From Dendrobates tinctorius (taxonomy: Eukaryota), in the NCBI RefSeq assembly GCF_039654945.1, contig NW_027361772.1, positions 8,122,001 to 8,186,000 on the forward strand: a stretch of 64,000 nt of DNA. Direction: 5' to 3'. The first letter of the stretch is position 1, and every line of letters begins with the position of its first letter. The notes below the pieces were generated by a model. It did not search any database. It was not told where the DNA came from and saw only the letters and a program-made list of their open reading frames with translations. The position numbers were made by a program, and so were the translations under genes. Of this stretch, positions 11,538 to 23,193 are shown piece by piece.

Positions 11538-14511
11538 AAATATGGGTCCATGGCCTCCTGGGCACCGGCAAAGGCATCAACAAGCCACTAGAGCGAGAAC
11601 AAGGTTTAGACCGGGAGCAAGTCCCACAGGACTGCACAAAATTCCTGACATCATGAGACAAGGAGGGCCACCAAAAAGACCGACTCACCAGATCTCTAGT
11701 ACCAAAAATACCTGGATGACCAGCCAATGCAGAGCAATGAACTTCAGACATCACTCTCTTCCTCCACTGGTCAGGAACATACAACTTTCCACTGGGACAA
11801 CGCTCAGGTTTGTCCTCCTGAAACTCTTCCAGAGCACGTCTCAAATCGGGCGAGATGGCAGAAAGAACTACCCCCTCGCCTAAGATGGTAGCAGGCTTAG
11901 TCACAACAGGAGAATCAGCAAGGAAACTCCTAGAGAGGGCGTCTGCCTTGACATTCTTATTGCCCGGAAGAAAAGAGACCACAAAATCAAAACGTGTGAA
12001 AAACAAGGCCCACCTAGCCTGTCTAGGATTCAAGCGCTTGGCCGACTCCAGGTAAATCAAATTCTTGTGGTCAGTAAGGACCACGACTTGGTGTTTGGCT
12101 CCCTCCAACCAATGTCTCCACTCCTCAAATGTCCATTTCATGGCCAACAGTTCCCGATTCCCCACATCATAGTTACGTTCGGATGGGGAGAACTTTCGGG
12201 AAAAGAAAGCACAAGGATTCATTTTAGATGTCACAGGATCTTTTTGGGACAACACCGCTCCTGCACCAATCTCAGAAGCGTCCACCTCCACCTGAAACGG
12301 GAGTGAGACATCAGGTTGCCGCAAAACCGGAGCAGAAGTGAATCTTCGCTTCAGCTCCTGAAAGGAAGAAACAGCCTCTGGAGACCAATTCAGCACATCA
12401 GCACCCTTCCTAGTCAAATCCGTCAATGGCTTGGCAATACCAGAAAAATTAGCTATAAATTTCCGATAAAAATTAGAAAAACCCAAAAACTTCTGGAGGG
12501 CCTTCAAAGAAGTGGGCTGAACCCAATCATAAATGGCCTGTACCTTGGCCGGGTCCATTTCAATAGTTGACGGAGACAAAATAAATCCCAAAAATGAAAT
12601 CCTCTGTACCCCAAAAAGGCATTTCGATCCCTTGACATACAGGGAATTCTCCCTCAAAATCCGGAACACAGTCCGAACATGTTCCACATGAGAGTCCCAA
12701 TTCTTGGAGAAGATCAAAATATCATCCAGATAGATAATCAAAAATTTATCCACAAAGTCTCGGAATATATCGTTCATGAAGCACTGGAAGACAGAAGGGG
12801 CATTAGTGAGCCCAAAAGGCATCACCAGGTACTCAAAATGTCCCTCCGGAGTATTAAACGCCGTCTTCCATTCATCCCCATGCTTAATGCGAATAAGATT
12901 ATACGCCCCCCTGAGGTCAAGCTTGGTAAACCAGCAAGCACCTTTAACTCTGGAGAATAGATCAGAAATCAGGGGTAACGGATACTGATATTCAACAGTA
13001 ATTTTGTTGAGGGCTCGATAGTCAATACAAGGCCTTAATGAACCATCCTTTTTAGCCACGAAAAAAACCCCAGCACCTAAGGGTGAAGAGGATGGTCTAA
13101 TATGACCCTTCTCCAATGCCTCCTTAATATAGGATCGCATAGCCTCGTGCTCGGGTACAGATAAATTGAAAAGCCGACCCTTGGGGAATTTACACCCCGG
13201 GTTCAGCTCAATTGCACAGTCATAACTCCTATGAGGAGGCAAAGACGCAGACTCATTCTCACTAAATACATCATAAAAGTCAGCCAAATAGTCAGGAACA
13301 TCATGCGACTGGGGAGAAGTGGAGAAAACAGGAGCATCACTAAGGGCACACCGACAACCCCAACTCACCACAGACAAAGATTTCCAATCCAGAACTGGAT
13401 TATGAATTTGCAACCAGGGAAACCCCAGAACAATGGTATCATGCAAATTATGCAACACCAAAAATCTGCAATTTTCTTGATGGTCTGGGGCGACCCGCAT
13501 TACCACCTGGGTCCAAAATTGAGGTTTATTCTTCGCCAAAGGAGTAGCATCAATACCCCTCAAAGGGATAGGCGTCCGCAGAGGTGTCATAGGAAATCCA
13601 CAACGTTTAGCAAAATCCAAGTCCATTAGGTTAAGAGCTGCTCCTGAATCCACAAAAGCCTTGGCGGAAAATGTGGACAGGGAGCAGATCAGAGTAATTG
13701 CCAGAAGAAACTTGGGTTGAACACCACCCACAGAAAACGTGTGTGCAAAACGTTTCTCTCGTTTAGGGCAGACAGAAATAATATGCGAGGCATCTCCACA
13801 AAAAAAACACAGCTTATTACGCCTTCTGAACTCCTGACGTTGCGCCCTAGACAAAACTCTATCACATTGCATAGGTTCAGACATTTGTTCAACAGGTGGC
13901 AACATCGCTCGTGTAGTTTTGCGTTCACGTAAGCGCCGATCCACCTGAATGGCTAATGACATAGAATCGTCAAGACCAGAGGGAACAGGAAATCCCACCA
14001 TAGTATCTTTTACAGTTTCTGACAAACCCTTCCGAAAGAGGGCTGCCAAGGCACCATCATTCCAGGTAGTAAGGACCGCCCACTTTCGGAATTTTTGACA
14101 GTACAACTCTGCCGAATCCCGACCCTGGCTTAATGCCAACAAGGTCTTTTCAGCCTGATCAATAGCATTAGGTTCATCATACAACAACCCCAAGGCTTGG
14201 AAAAATGCGTTCACATTATTCAGAATAGGATCATCAGGCTTCAAAGAAAACGCCCAATCCTGGGGATCGCCGCGCAGCAAAGAGATGACAATTTTAACCT
14301 GCTGCGCAGAGTTCCCCGACGAGTTAAGCTTCAAGGCAAAAAATAATTTACAATTATTCTTGAAATTCAAGAATTTAGATCGATCCCCCAAAAATACATC
14401 AGGAGTAGGAATCTTTGGTTCAGCAGCATGTGAATGAGCAAGATATGCGGAAATTCCCCGCACTTCAGCAGCGAGCTGCTCCACACGATCAGACAATTGC
14501 TTCATCTCCAT
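11536..14511 (-). CDS. Gag-Pol polyprotein, N-terminal part (Gag, CCHC knuckle, protease, RT, RNase H, integrase Zn-finger)
   Basis: CFFCGDASHIISVC knuckle; FVDSGA protease; LRPCIDYRALN and YLDDILI in RT; VEVDAS...ELLA in RNase H; H..GHPG...C..C in integrase. Confidence 0.95.
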   Translation of the reverse strand: MEMKQLSDRVEQLAAEVRGISAYLAHSHAAEPKIPTPDVFLGDRSKFLNFKNNCKLFFALKLNSSGNSAQQVKIVISLLRGDPQDWAFSLKPDDPILNNVNAFFQALGLLYDEPNAIDQAEKTLLALSQGRDSAELYCQKFRKWAVLTTWNDGALAALFRKGLSETVKDTMVGFPVPSGLDDSMSLAIQVDRRLRERKTTRAMLPPVEQMSEPMQCDRVLSRAQRQEFRRRNKLCFFCGDASHIISVCPKREKRFAHTFSVGGVQPKFLLAITLICSLSTFSAKAFVDSGAALNLMDLDFAKRCGFPMTPLRTPIPLRGIDATPLAKNKPQFWTQVVMRVAPDHQENCRFLVLHNLHDTIVLGFPWLQIHNPVLDWKSLSVVSWGCRCALSDAPVFSTSPQSHDVPDYLADFYDVFSENESASLPPHRSYDCAIELNPGCKFPKGRLFNLSVPEHEAMRSYIKEALEKGHIRPSSSPLGAGVFFVAKKDGSLRPCIDYRALNKITVEYQYPLPLISDLFSRVKGACWFTKLDLRGAYNLIRIKHGDEWKTAFNTPEGHFEYLVMPFGLTNAPSVFQCFMNDIFRDFVDKFLIIYLDDILIFSKNWDSHVEHVRTVFRILRENSLYVKGSKCLFGVQRISFLGFILSPSTIEMDPAKVQAIYDWVQPTSLKALQKFLGFSNFYRKFIANFSGIAKPLTDLTRKGADVLNWSPEAVSSFQELKRRFTSAPVLRQPDVSLPFQVEVDASEIGAGAVLSQKDPVTSKMNPCAFFSRKFSPSERNYDVGNRELLAMKWTFEEWRHWLEGAKHQVVVLTDHKNLIYLESAKRLNPRQARWALFFTRFDFVVSFLPGNKNVKADALSRSFLADSPVVTKPATILGEGVVLSAISPDLRRALEEFQEDKPERCPSGKLYVPDQWRKRVMSEVHCSALAGHPGIFGTRDLVSRSFWWPSLSHDVRNFVQSCGTCSRSKPCSRSSGLLMPLPVPRRPWTHI

Positions 14512-14639
14512 TGAGAGAAAAATTCCTCCTATGGCCTCAGAGATATAGAGGAAAAAATATGCACATAAAAAAAAAATTCTGACACTTTTTTTTTTTTTTC
14601 AATTCTCTCCTGCTATTGAGTACCCTAGGATCTGCGGTA

Positions 14640-14651
14640 TGGCTGGTGATT
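14640..14651 (-). promoter_or_regulatory. Self-priming PBS of the chromovirus
   Basis: Minus-strand AATCACCAGCCA, 1 nt after the 5' LTR, is exactly complementary to minus-strand TGGCTGGTGATT at 15301-15312. That site lies just downstream of a TATA box (minus ATATAA, 15334-15339). Confidence 0.85.
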
Positions 14652-16659
14652 CTGTTATGATGAGTCACCGAAGGAGGAAGAAACAAAATACCAGCTAAGT
14701 CCAGAAAAACCAGAGAGGTTGGCAGCTATCGGATTGCAGACCCCTGAACCTATCCACAACAACTAGCAGTAGCCATGGGGGGTTCCTACGGTGCCCTAGA
14801 CCCCTCGATCACAGCCGGAGAACTATATAGCCTAAAGACAGAAAGGGGAAAAACTAAACTGCCCCAGAGCAGACCCCAAAGCAAAAGGCAGCCCCCAACA
14901 TATAATGACGGTGAAGCAAGATGAAAACACTAACACAGATAGAAAGATAGTTTGAGCAAATGATGGGACCCAAGCTAACTACATAGGACAGGATAGGAAA
15001 GCTGCTGTCTGCCATCCGCAAAAACCCTATCAAAATGAGCCAACCGACTGATAGGAAAAACAGGCCCTGAAGTCGCTAGGCTTCAAAAGACTATATCAGC
15101 ACTCAGGTATATTCTGAAGACATAACAAAATATCAACAGATCAGAGACAAAAATGGAGTTCAGCTCACCCCCGGCCGGGGATGGCAGAACTCCCAAAAAA
15201 CAAGGCAAAACAAAAACCAAACTGAAGAGTACAAAGCAGAGCAGGAAAACTTAGCTTTGAGATGCAGGAATTAGACTGGTCTCCAAGCATCCAGCAGGAA
15301 AATCACCAGCCAGGAAGAAGGGCGTCGGCAGCCTTATATCCAGTCCTCAATTCCAGCCACCCAGTCATCATCTAGCTGCCCATGTGTTTGGTAATCAGCC
15401 TCACTACCTTCCTTCACCAGAGGAGGGAGTTCATCAGACCTCAATGGTGAAGGGAAAAATGAACTCACAACAGCAAAGCACCCTTTGGTGGCTCCCTGCT
15501 TGGAACACGAAGCGTGCTGGGAGGCGGGTGGAGTTTAGTTTGCACCAAAAGAGTGGGAAGAGGATAAGATTTAGTCAGTTAGTCACAGGAGTCTGACAAG
15601 GTCAGTCTGTGAAAGGAGATCCCCTGAGTGGGATGGATGAAGGAAGTGCTGCAGCCGACCTCATTGATCTGGGTCCGCTGGCACAGGAAGGGAACATTAA
15701 TAGAAAGCCTGACTCTCCATAAGAAGGAAATAATTCGTACGGAACGTGAGGAGAAGAAGAGAACCGAGGATCAGGGTTAGAGGAGAACCCTTCCCAAGTT
15801 CCAAGCGCAAGGCCGGGGTCCGGTCGCCGAGGTTGTATGGATACTAATGGTCCTGCAGCAGACACCGGAGGAATAGAAGTTGTCACCACTTTATTCCCAC
15901 ACCAGACTTGGGGGCACAACAGCAACGATAGTGAGGCGGGACTAGGTAGTAAGGAGTCCGCGAAGCAGGCTACAGCTGTCTGCCGTACAGGTAGAGTTCA
16001 TAGGAACATCTGACAGGAGGAACTCCAGTGTAACTCAGTACTGGGAGTACTTCACTAAAGGCGCTAAGAGGGAGACGTTCGGAACAGGCACATATGTTGG
16101 AGGAGTGTTGGAAAGGAGCACTTCATCTTGCCTGGAAGTTGGCTGAGCTCCAGACCCGGAGGACACGGCACGGATGCGGGTTCTTGTGCCACAACAGACT
16201 GTGAGTAAAGCTTTGGAACTACATGTCTTGGTGTCCTCCACTTATTCCTGCGTCAACCTGCCCAGCACTGCTACATCCCCTGCGCCCGACACTACACCAT
16301 CTAAGTGTCACTTCATCTCACTGCCCTGGGACTACAGCCCTGCCTGTGGAGGGCTATAACATCATTGCTGCACCACACCATCTGTCCCAGTGGATCTGTC
16401 TGCAGCGTCGGCTTAACATCTTCATTGCCGAACACCACAGGTGGCGTCATGACTCATTAATTCATAAACTCTAATCATCATAAGCACACTGAACATTCCC
16501 CCCTTTTTACAATGGGCGCTCAGGGCCACGGGTCCCAGCTGCCGTGACATCTCCCATTGAAGCTCATCGGGCCCGGTACCGCTCGAGTACCCCACGGCCC
16601 TGGGAGGGCGACCCAATAACACTGAGTACTGGACTGTGGGGCCATTCTTGGGGGGCTAT

Positions 16660-17315
16660 AAACTATGTGGACTGTGCTATATACTATGCGGGATGTGCTG
16701 TATGCTATGCGTGCTGTGTTATATACTATGTGGGTTGTGTTATATACTATGCGAGCTGTGCTGTATACTACTCAGGCTGTGCTGTATACTATGCGTGCTG
16801 TGTTGTATACTATGCGGGTTGTGTTATATACTATGCAGGCTGTGTTATATACTATGTGGGCTTTGTTATATACTATGCGGGCTGTGCTGTATACTATGTA
16901 GGCTATGGCATATACTATGCGGGCTATGCTATATACTATGAGGGCTGTGCTATATACCATGTGGGCTTTGTTATATGTTATGCGGGCTGTGTTATATACT
17001 ATGCGGGCTGTGCTGTATACTACGCGGGCTGTGCTGTATACTATGCCGTCTGTGCTATATACTATGCGGGCTGTGCTATATACTATGCGAGCTGTTATAT
17101 ACTATGCGGGCTGTGTTATATAACTATGTGGGCTGTTATACACTATTAGGGGTATATTATATTCTATGGGGGAGGCTGTGTTATATACTATGGGTGGTAT
17201 ATTATATTCTATGGGAGAGGCTGTGTTATAAACTATGTGGTGTGTTATATACTATGGGGGTACATTATATTCTATGGGGGAGGCTGTGTTATATACTATG
17301 GGGGTACACTATATT
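16660..17315. repeat. 21-bp minisatellite (TATACTATGCGGGCTGTGCTA-like); resumes in degenerate form at ~19495-20170
   Basis: Direct tandem repeats; these produce the spurious YYAGCAI-repeat ORFs. Confidence 0.92.
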
Positions 17316-19480
17316 CATAGAATCGTAGAGTTGGAAGGGACCTCCTGGGCCATCTGGTCCAACCCCCTGCTCAAAGCAGGATTCGCTAAATCATCCCAGA
17401 CAGATGTTTGTCCAGCCTCTGTTTGAAGACTTCTATTGAAGGAGAACTCACCACTTCTCGTGGCAGCCTGTTCCACTCATTGATCATTCTAACTGTCAAA
17501 AAGTTTTTTCTAATATCTAATCTGTGTCTCCTCCCATTCAGTTTCATCCCATTGCTTCTAGTCTTTCCTTGTGCAAATGAGAATATAGATGACCCTTCTA
17601 CAATGTGACAGCCCTTGAGATATTTGTAGACAGCTATTAAATCTACTCTCAGTCTTCTCTTCTGCAAGCTAAACATTCCCAAATCCTGCAACCTTTCCTG
17701 TTAAGACACGGTTTGCAGACCGGTCACCATTCTGGTCGCTCTTTTCTGAACTTGCTTGTTTGTTGATGACTTTTTTAAAAGGTGGTGCCCAAAACTAGAC
17801 ACAATATTCCAGATGAGGTCTGACCAAAGAGGAGTAGAGGGCAATAATGACTTCACGTGATCTAAACTGTGCTGTTGCTTAGCCCTATTCCTCCCATTCT
17901 GTATGTGCTTTTTTCATTTTTATTGCCCAGATGTAGTACTATGCATTTTTCCATGTTAAAAACCATTCTGTTAGTTGCTGCCCACTGCTCCAGTTTATAT
18001 CTTTTTGCATCCTCTCTCTCTCTTCTCTAGTATTAGCTATCCCTCCTAGCTTTGTGTTATCAGCAAATTTAATCAGTTTACCCTCAATTCCTTCATCTAA
18101 ATCGTTGATAAAGATGTTGAACAATACCGGGCCCAGGACAGAGCCCTGTGGTACCCCACTTAAGACATTCTTCCAACTGGATGTGCAGCCATTTACGACC
18201 ACTCTTTGGGTCCGATCACTAAGCCAGTTATGAATGCACCTAACAGTTGCCTTGTCCATTCCATACTTAGCCATTTTTTCAATAAGGATTGTGTGAGATA
18301 CTTTGTCAAATGCTTTGCTGAAGTCAAGATATACTATATCTACAGCATTTCCCTGATCCACCCAATCAGTGATTCTGTCATAGAAGGAAATTAAGTTAGT
18401 CTGACATGACTTATTAGTTACAAACCCATGCTGACTCTGTTTAATCACTTCATTCTTATCCAGGTACTTACATACATGTTGTTTAATAATTTGTTCAAAG
18501 ATCTTTCCTGGTGTAGAAGTCAGACTCACTGGCCTATAGTTGCCTGGGTCCTCCTTCTTCCCCTTTTTGCAGATAGGATCAACATTTGCTCTTCTTCAGT
18601 CTTCTGGGACTTCTCCTGCTCTCCAACAATATTCAAAGATTATGGAGAGGGGTTCAAAAATTTCTTCTGCTATCTCCTTCAGTACTCTGGGGTGTAATTC
18701 ATCTGGACCTGGAGACTTGAATTCATTTAGGTTGCTAAGTGTTTCCTCACTATCTTTCTGTTTATAGATATCCTGGATTCTTCTATTCCCTTAATAGGAC
18801 AGTGAAGAACAGTTGATGTTACATTTCCTTTCTGAGAGAAAACAGATGCAAAATAGGAATTTAAAAGTTCGGCCTTCTCAACATGCTGTCTTACCATTTG
18901 ATCATTTTCATCCTGTAAAAATCCTATAGCATCTTTGACTTTTCTTTTACTTTTGACATATCCCCCAAATCCTTTATTATTGCTTTTGATATCTCTTGCA
19001 AGCCTCAATTCACTGTCAGCTTTTTTAATCTGATTTGTGCCCTGCAAGTTCTGCAGACAGCATTATATTCTTCTTTAGATATGCCTCCCTCTTTCCATTT
19101 TATAAACATTTCTTTCTTCCTTTTTAGCATGTGCTTAAGTTCTGTGTTCATCCATCCTGGTTTCCTTAAATGCTTCCTATTCTTCCCTCTTTTCGGAATT
19201 GTTAACAATTGTGCTTTGAGAATTTCATTTTTCAAGATTTCCCATCCTTCCTGGACATTTTTGTCTTTAAGGATATCCAGCCATTGTATCCCTCCAATTC
19301 TCTTTCTGAATCCCTTAAAATCTGCCTTTCTGAAATCTAACCTTGACGTCTGAGTCTTCACAGGTCTTCCTCCTCTAGTTATCCAAAATTCTAAAATAGC
19401 ACCTTTTGGAATATAAAGTTGTCAGCAAGAGAGGATAAGAATTTCCTTGACCTGTTAGTTTTGCCTGAGATTCCCAACAA
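17316..19480 (-). mobile_element. CR1 LINE, 5'-truncated, ORF2 frameshifted
   Basis: [55 protein letters not shown]; 3' tail is the reverse complement of CTCTACGATTCTATG. Confidence 0.93.
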
Positions 19481-20507
19481 ATGTCAGGAATGTCAGGGGA
19501 GGCTGTGTTATATACTATGGGGGGCTGCAATATATTCTATGGGGGGGCTACATTATATACTACAGGGAGGTGGGCTGTATTATATTCTATGGGGTGCTAC
19601 ATTCTATTCTATGGGGGGCTGTATTAGATTTTATGAGGGAGGATTGCATCATACTCTTTGATGCGGCTACATTATATTATATGGGGAGGTAGGCTGTATT
19701 ATATTCTATTCGGAGCTACATTATATTCTATGGGGGGGCTGTATTATATTTATATTCTATGAGGGGTGATTGCATCATACTCTATGAGGGGGCTACATTA
19801 TATTCTGTGGGGTGGCTGCATTATACTATATGTGGGCTGCATTATACTGTATCGAGGACTATGGGGAATACATTATACTATATGAAGAACTATGGGGTGC
19901 ATTATACTATGGGAAGTGAATTGTACTACATGGATGACTATGGCAGTGTATGCTACTATATGGAGCACCATGAGGAGTGTATTATATTATGTGGAGGACT
20001 GAACAGTGTATTTTAATATATGGAGGACTATGGGAAGTGTATAATACTATATGGAGGACTGAGGAGTGTATTATACTATATGGAGGACTATGGGGTGTGC
20101 ATTTTACAATATGGAGGACTGTGGTGCACATTATAATATATGTAGGACTATGGGGTGTATTATACTAAACAAGCAAAATGCTGCCTATTCATTGAATGAT
20201 TGGATTGTTTATGCCGGAACAAAAATCATTGTTCTCAGCAGCACATCACCGGTGTAAACTGTAGATGTGCTGCTGATAACATGATACTGTATGGGGACAG
20301 ATTCATCTAATAGTGATTGTTCTGTCCCCATCATTATTCCTCAGCCAGTAGAAAGAGGCCGTGAAACAAGCATTGAACGATTTCAATATTGTCGATCACA
20401 CTCATTTAGCGGCCTGAACTCAGCGCATGTAAATACAACCGAAATGCTTCTGTGTGATGTGCAATATGTGAGCATTTGGGGACCCATTTTAACCTTTGCC
20501 TAGGGCC

Positions 20508-21375
20508 CCTCTGTTTGAAGATTTCCATTGAAGGAGAACTCACCACCTCTCGTGGCAGCCTGTTCCACTCATTGATCACCCTCACTGTCAAAAAGTTTTT
20601 TCTAATATCTAATCTGTATCTTCTCCCTTTTAGTTTCATTCCATTACTTCTCGTGTTTCCCTGTGCCAATTAGAATAAGGATGAGCCCTCTACACTGTGA
20701 CATCCCTACTTGTAGACAACTAGTAAGTCTACTCTTAGCTTTGTTTTTTGCAGTCTAAACATTCCAAGATCCTCGTAAGGCATAGTTTGCAGTCCGCACA
20801 CCATCCTGGTAGCTCTACTCTGAACTTGTTCCAGTTTTTCAATGTCTTTTTTTAAAATGTGGCACTCAGAACTGGACACAATATTCCAGATGAGCCCTCA
20901 CCATGGAGGAATAGAAGGGGACAATTACTTCACATGATATAGACTCTATGCTTCTCTTAATACATCCTAGAACTGCATCTGCCTCACACTGTTGACTCAA
21001 GTACAGTCTGTGATCTATTAGTATAACCAAGTCTTTTTCACACATGCTGTTGCTTAGTTCTATTCCTCCCATTTTGTAGATGTAATTTTCATTTTTCGCT
21101 CCCAAATGTAGAATTTTACATTTCTCCCTGTTAAATACCATTCTATTAGTTGCTGCTCATTGTTCAAGCTTATCTAGATCTATCTGAATCCTTTCTCTGT
21201 CTTGTCTAGTGTTAGCTATCCCTCCTAGCTTTGCATCGTCTGCAAATTTGATCAGTTTACCTTCAGTTCCTTTATCTAGATCATTTCTAAAAATGTTGAA
21301 CAACACTGGGGCCAGGACAGAGCCTTGTGGTAACCCACTTGAAGCACTCTTCCAATTGGATTATTATCACTCTTT
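20508..21375 (-). mobile_element. CR1 LINE fragment, older subfamily
   Basis: FNREKCKILHLG, HLEYCVQF and RKNFLTVRVINEWNRLP fragments with stops and frameshifts. Confidence 0.9.
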
Positions 21376-21604
21376 GAGTATGATTAAATATATCTGTGTT
21401 CTATGGTCGTGATGTCTTGGTGAAAGTGTTTTTGTTCTTGCTGCGACTTGTATGCCTCTTGAACGACTGAATAATGCCGCCGCTTTTCACACTGCTTATA
21501 TAACCATAAAATTCAGACGTTGACAATTTTTAACTGCTTATTAAGCAGTCTTCCTATTAGCTATACCAATTGCATATTCAGCATATCTAAATAATATAGT
21601 TATA

Positions 21605-22900
21605 CTCGCAAAATAGCCGCGGCTTCACTTGCGGAAAAAAATATGTTAAATTGTTGGATATGCTTGCTAAGGTTAAATTTTCAGTTTCACCCTGAAGTGA
21701 CAGCTTCAGCTTTTAAAACTGGTTTTATCAACTCTTATTTTTTTTATTAATTTGGAATTAACAGTTGTTTATTTTTACAAATTAGTGTTAACTATGAGGT
21801 GAACAACAACTACTTTTTGAACAAATTTGTATTAAATATTAATACTTTCTCTCCTTTCACAAACACATAAAAATTTAAAAGGGGGACAGCATAGGTCAAC
21901 CCTTCACCCCCTCCACCAAGTGTAACCTATCAGTGGTTAACGGACAAAGGAGTAAGATGATTTACAGATACACAGCTGTCTGTTGTAATGTTTTTTGGTA
22001 GACAACGCTTTTAGTTTTACCTTCAGGTGCATATATGAAAAGATTTTTGGGGTTCCCCACCCTAGAGCAAGCAACGTAGAGTTGACCATGTGAAAAATAT
22101 GGGTTCTCCTAATTAATGCAGACCAATGTTTTCAAACTGAAGACAGCCTGCCTACGCCTTTGCATAAGTTACATATGTCTTATGCGGTCATTTTGACAAT
22201 GTTCATCCTTTTGTTCATATGTTTCAGATTCCCTTGATTCAGCTTGTCTCATTCGATTCTCCTGAAGACGATGCTCCCATTGTTCAAATGTTTCAGCTTC
22301 CCTTGATTCAGCCTGTCTCATCCATTTATCATGAAGTCAACGTTCCTGTAGTCAGATGTTTCAGCTTCCCTTGATTCAGCCTGTCTCATCCATTTGTTCT
22401 GAAATCAATGTTCCCATTGTTCAGATGTTTCAGCTTCTCTTAATTGAGCCTGTGTCATCAGATTTTCCTGATGAAGTTGTTCCTGGTGTTCAGATATTTC
22501 AACTTCCCTTGATTCAGCCTGTCTTATTCGATTTTCCTGAAGACGACATTACTGGTGTTCAGATGTTTTAGCTTCCCGTAATTCAACCTGTGTCATCCGA
22601 TTCTCCTGAAGACGAAGTTCCCATTGTTCAGATGTTTCAGCTTCCCTTGATTCAGCTTGTTTGATCTAATTCTCCTGAGGATGAGGTTCCCGGTGTTCAG
22701 ATGTTTCAGCCTCCCTTGATTCAGCCTGTCTCATTTATTTCTACTGAAGACGACAGTCACATTGTTCAAATGTTTCAGCTGCCTTTGATTCAGCCTGTCT
22801 CATCCGTTTCCTTTCAAGATGGGACTCTCAGCTGTTTGAGACAGTTTTCTTAGCTTTTGGATTAACTTGCCCACTAGATTGTAGTTTTTGGGCAGCATTT
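21605..22900 (-). mobile_element. Internally deleted Helitron: RepHel N-terminal 23-aa repeats joined to the helicase C-terminus
   Basis: Minus strand ~21985-22096 reads FSHGQLYVACSRVGNPKNLFIYAPEGKTKSVVYQK. Nine 69-bp repeats at 22210-22830 read ~QWERRLQENRMRQAESREAETSE. 3' hairpin CCGCAAGTGAAGCCGCGG, then CGAG|T (degenerate CTAG). 5' end uncertain. Confidence 0.85.
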
Positions 22901-23193
22901 AAAAATAAAACAGTCCTTAATATTATGGCCCTTAGTAATCACCTCACACTGATTAGAGATCTAATAGGTGAACCTATATATCTGTATATAAAGCAGAAAA
23001 TGTGTGACTGCCTCGCAGTCAGACTGTTCTAGTTGTCCACAGCACCCAATCAGAGCTCAGCTTTCACTTTACCTCAGCAGCTTCAATGCTGAAAGCTGCA
23101 CTCTGGCAACCAAAATGCTCTTACTTTGAGGCAATTCTCATAAATGTGGCCCCCGTTACTTCTGCAACAGCATTGCTATAATTATAGACTTAA

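Larger units (their letters stand above)
9495..15472 (-). mobile_element. Ty3/Gypsy chromovirus, Tf1/sushi group, full length
   Basis: Two 820-bp LTRs (9495-10314, 14653-15472) with TG..CA ends and about 10 differences by eye; flanking duplication GCAAAG; minus-strand PPT AAGGGGGAGGTAC before the 3' LTR; complete gag-pol domain order. Confidence 0.97.
5854..16615 (+). mobile_element. Non-autonomous (pol-less) LTR retrotransposon, copy B, full length; 3' LTR split by a chromovirus
   Basis: 5' LTR 5854-7103; 3' LTR 9355-9494 + 15473-16615; TG...CA ends; 4-bp TSD ATAA (5850-5853, 16616-16619); PBS 7107-7124; PPT GGGGGGTA 9347-9354; the 2.25-kb internal region has no RT or integrase motifs. Confidence 0.93.
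5475..20508. mobile_element. hAT-like non-autonomous DNA element carrying a minisatellite; host of the nested LTR and CR1 insertions; right end truncated
   Basis: Left end CAGGGCCAGCGTTAGGGGCAGGCA...CCTAGGGGCCCC; GCCTAGGGCCCC subterminal motif at ~20498; same architecture as the TSD-bounded hAT at 42998-44598. Right TIR and TSD not seen. Confidence 0.55.

Noticed and set aside
11536-14511. Domesticated RTL1/PEG10-like host gene
   Set aside because: Flanked by near-identical LTRs and a target duplication; it is a recent transposon, not a host gene.
16544-17328. Cys/Tyr-rich keratin-associated-like ORFs
   Set aside because: Translations of a 21-bp minisatellite; several frames are open and there is no gene structure.
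22210-22830. CRISPR-like regularly spaced repeats
   Set aside because: The whole 69-bp unit repeats with no unique spacers, there are no cas genes, and it is explained as Helitron coding repeats.
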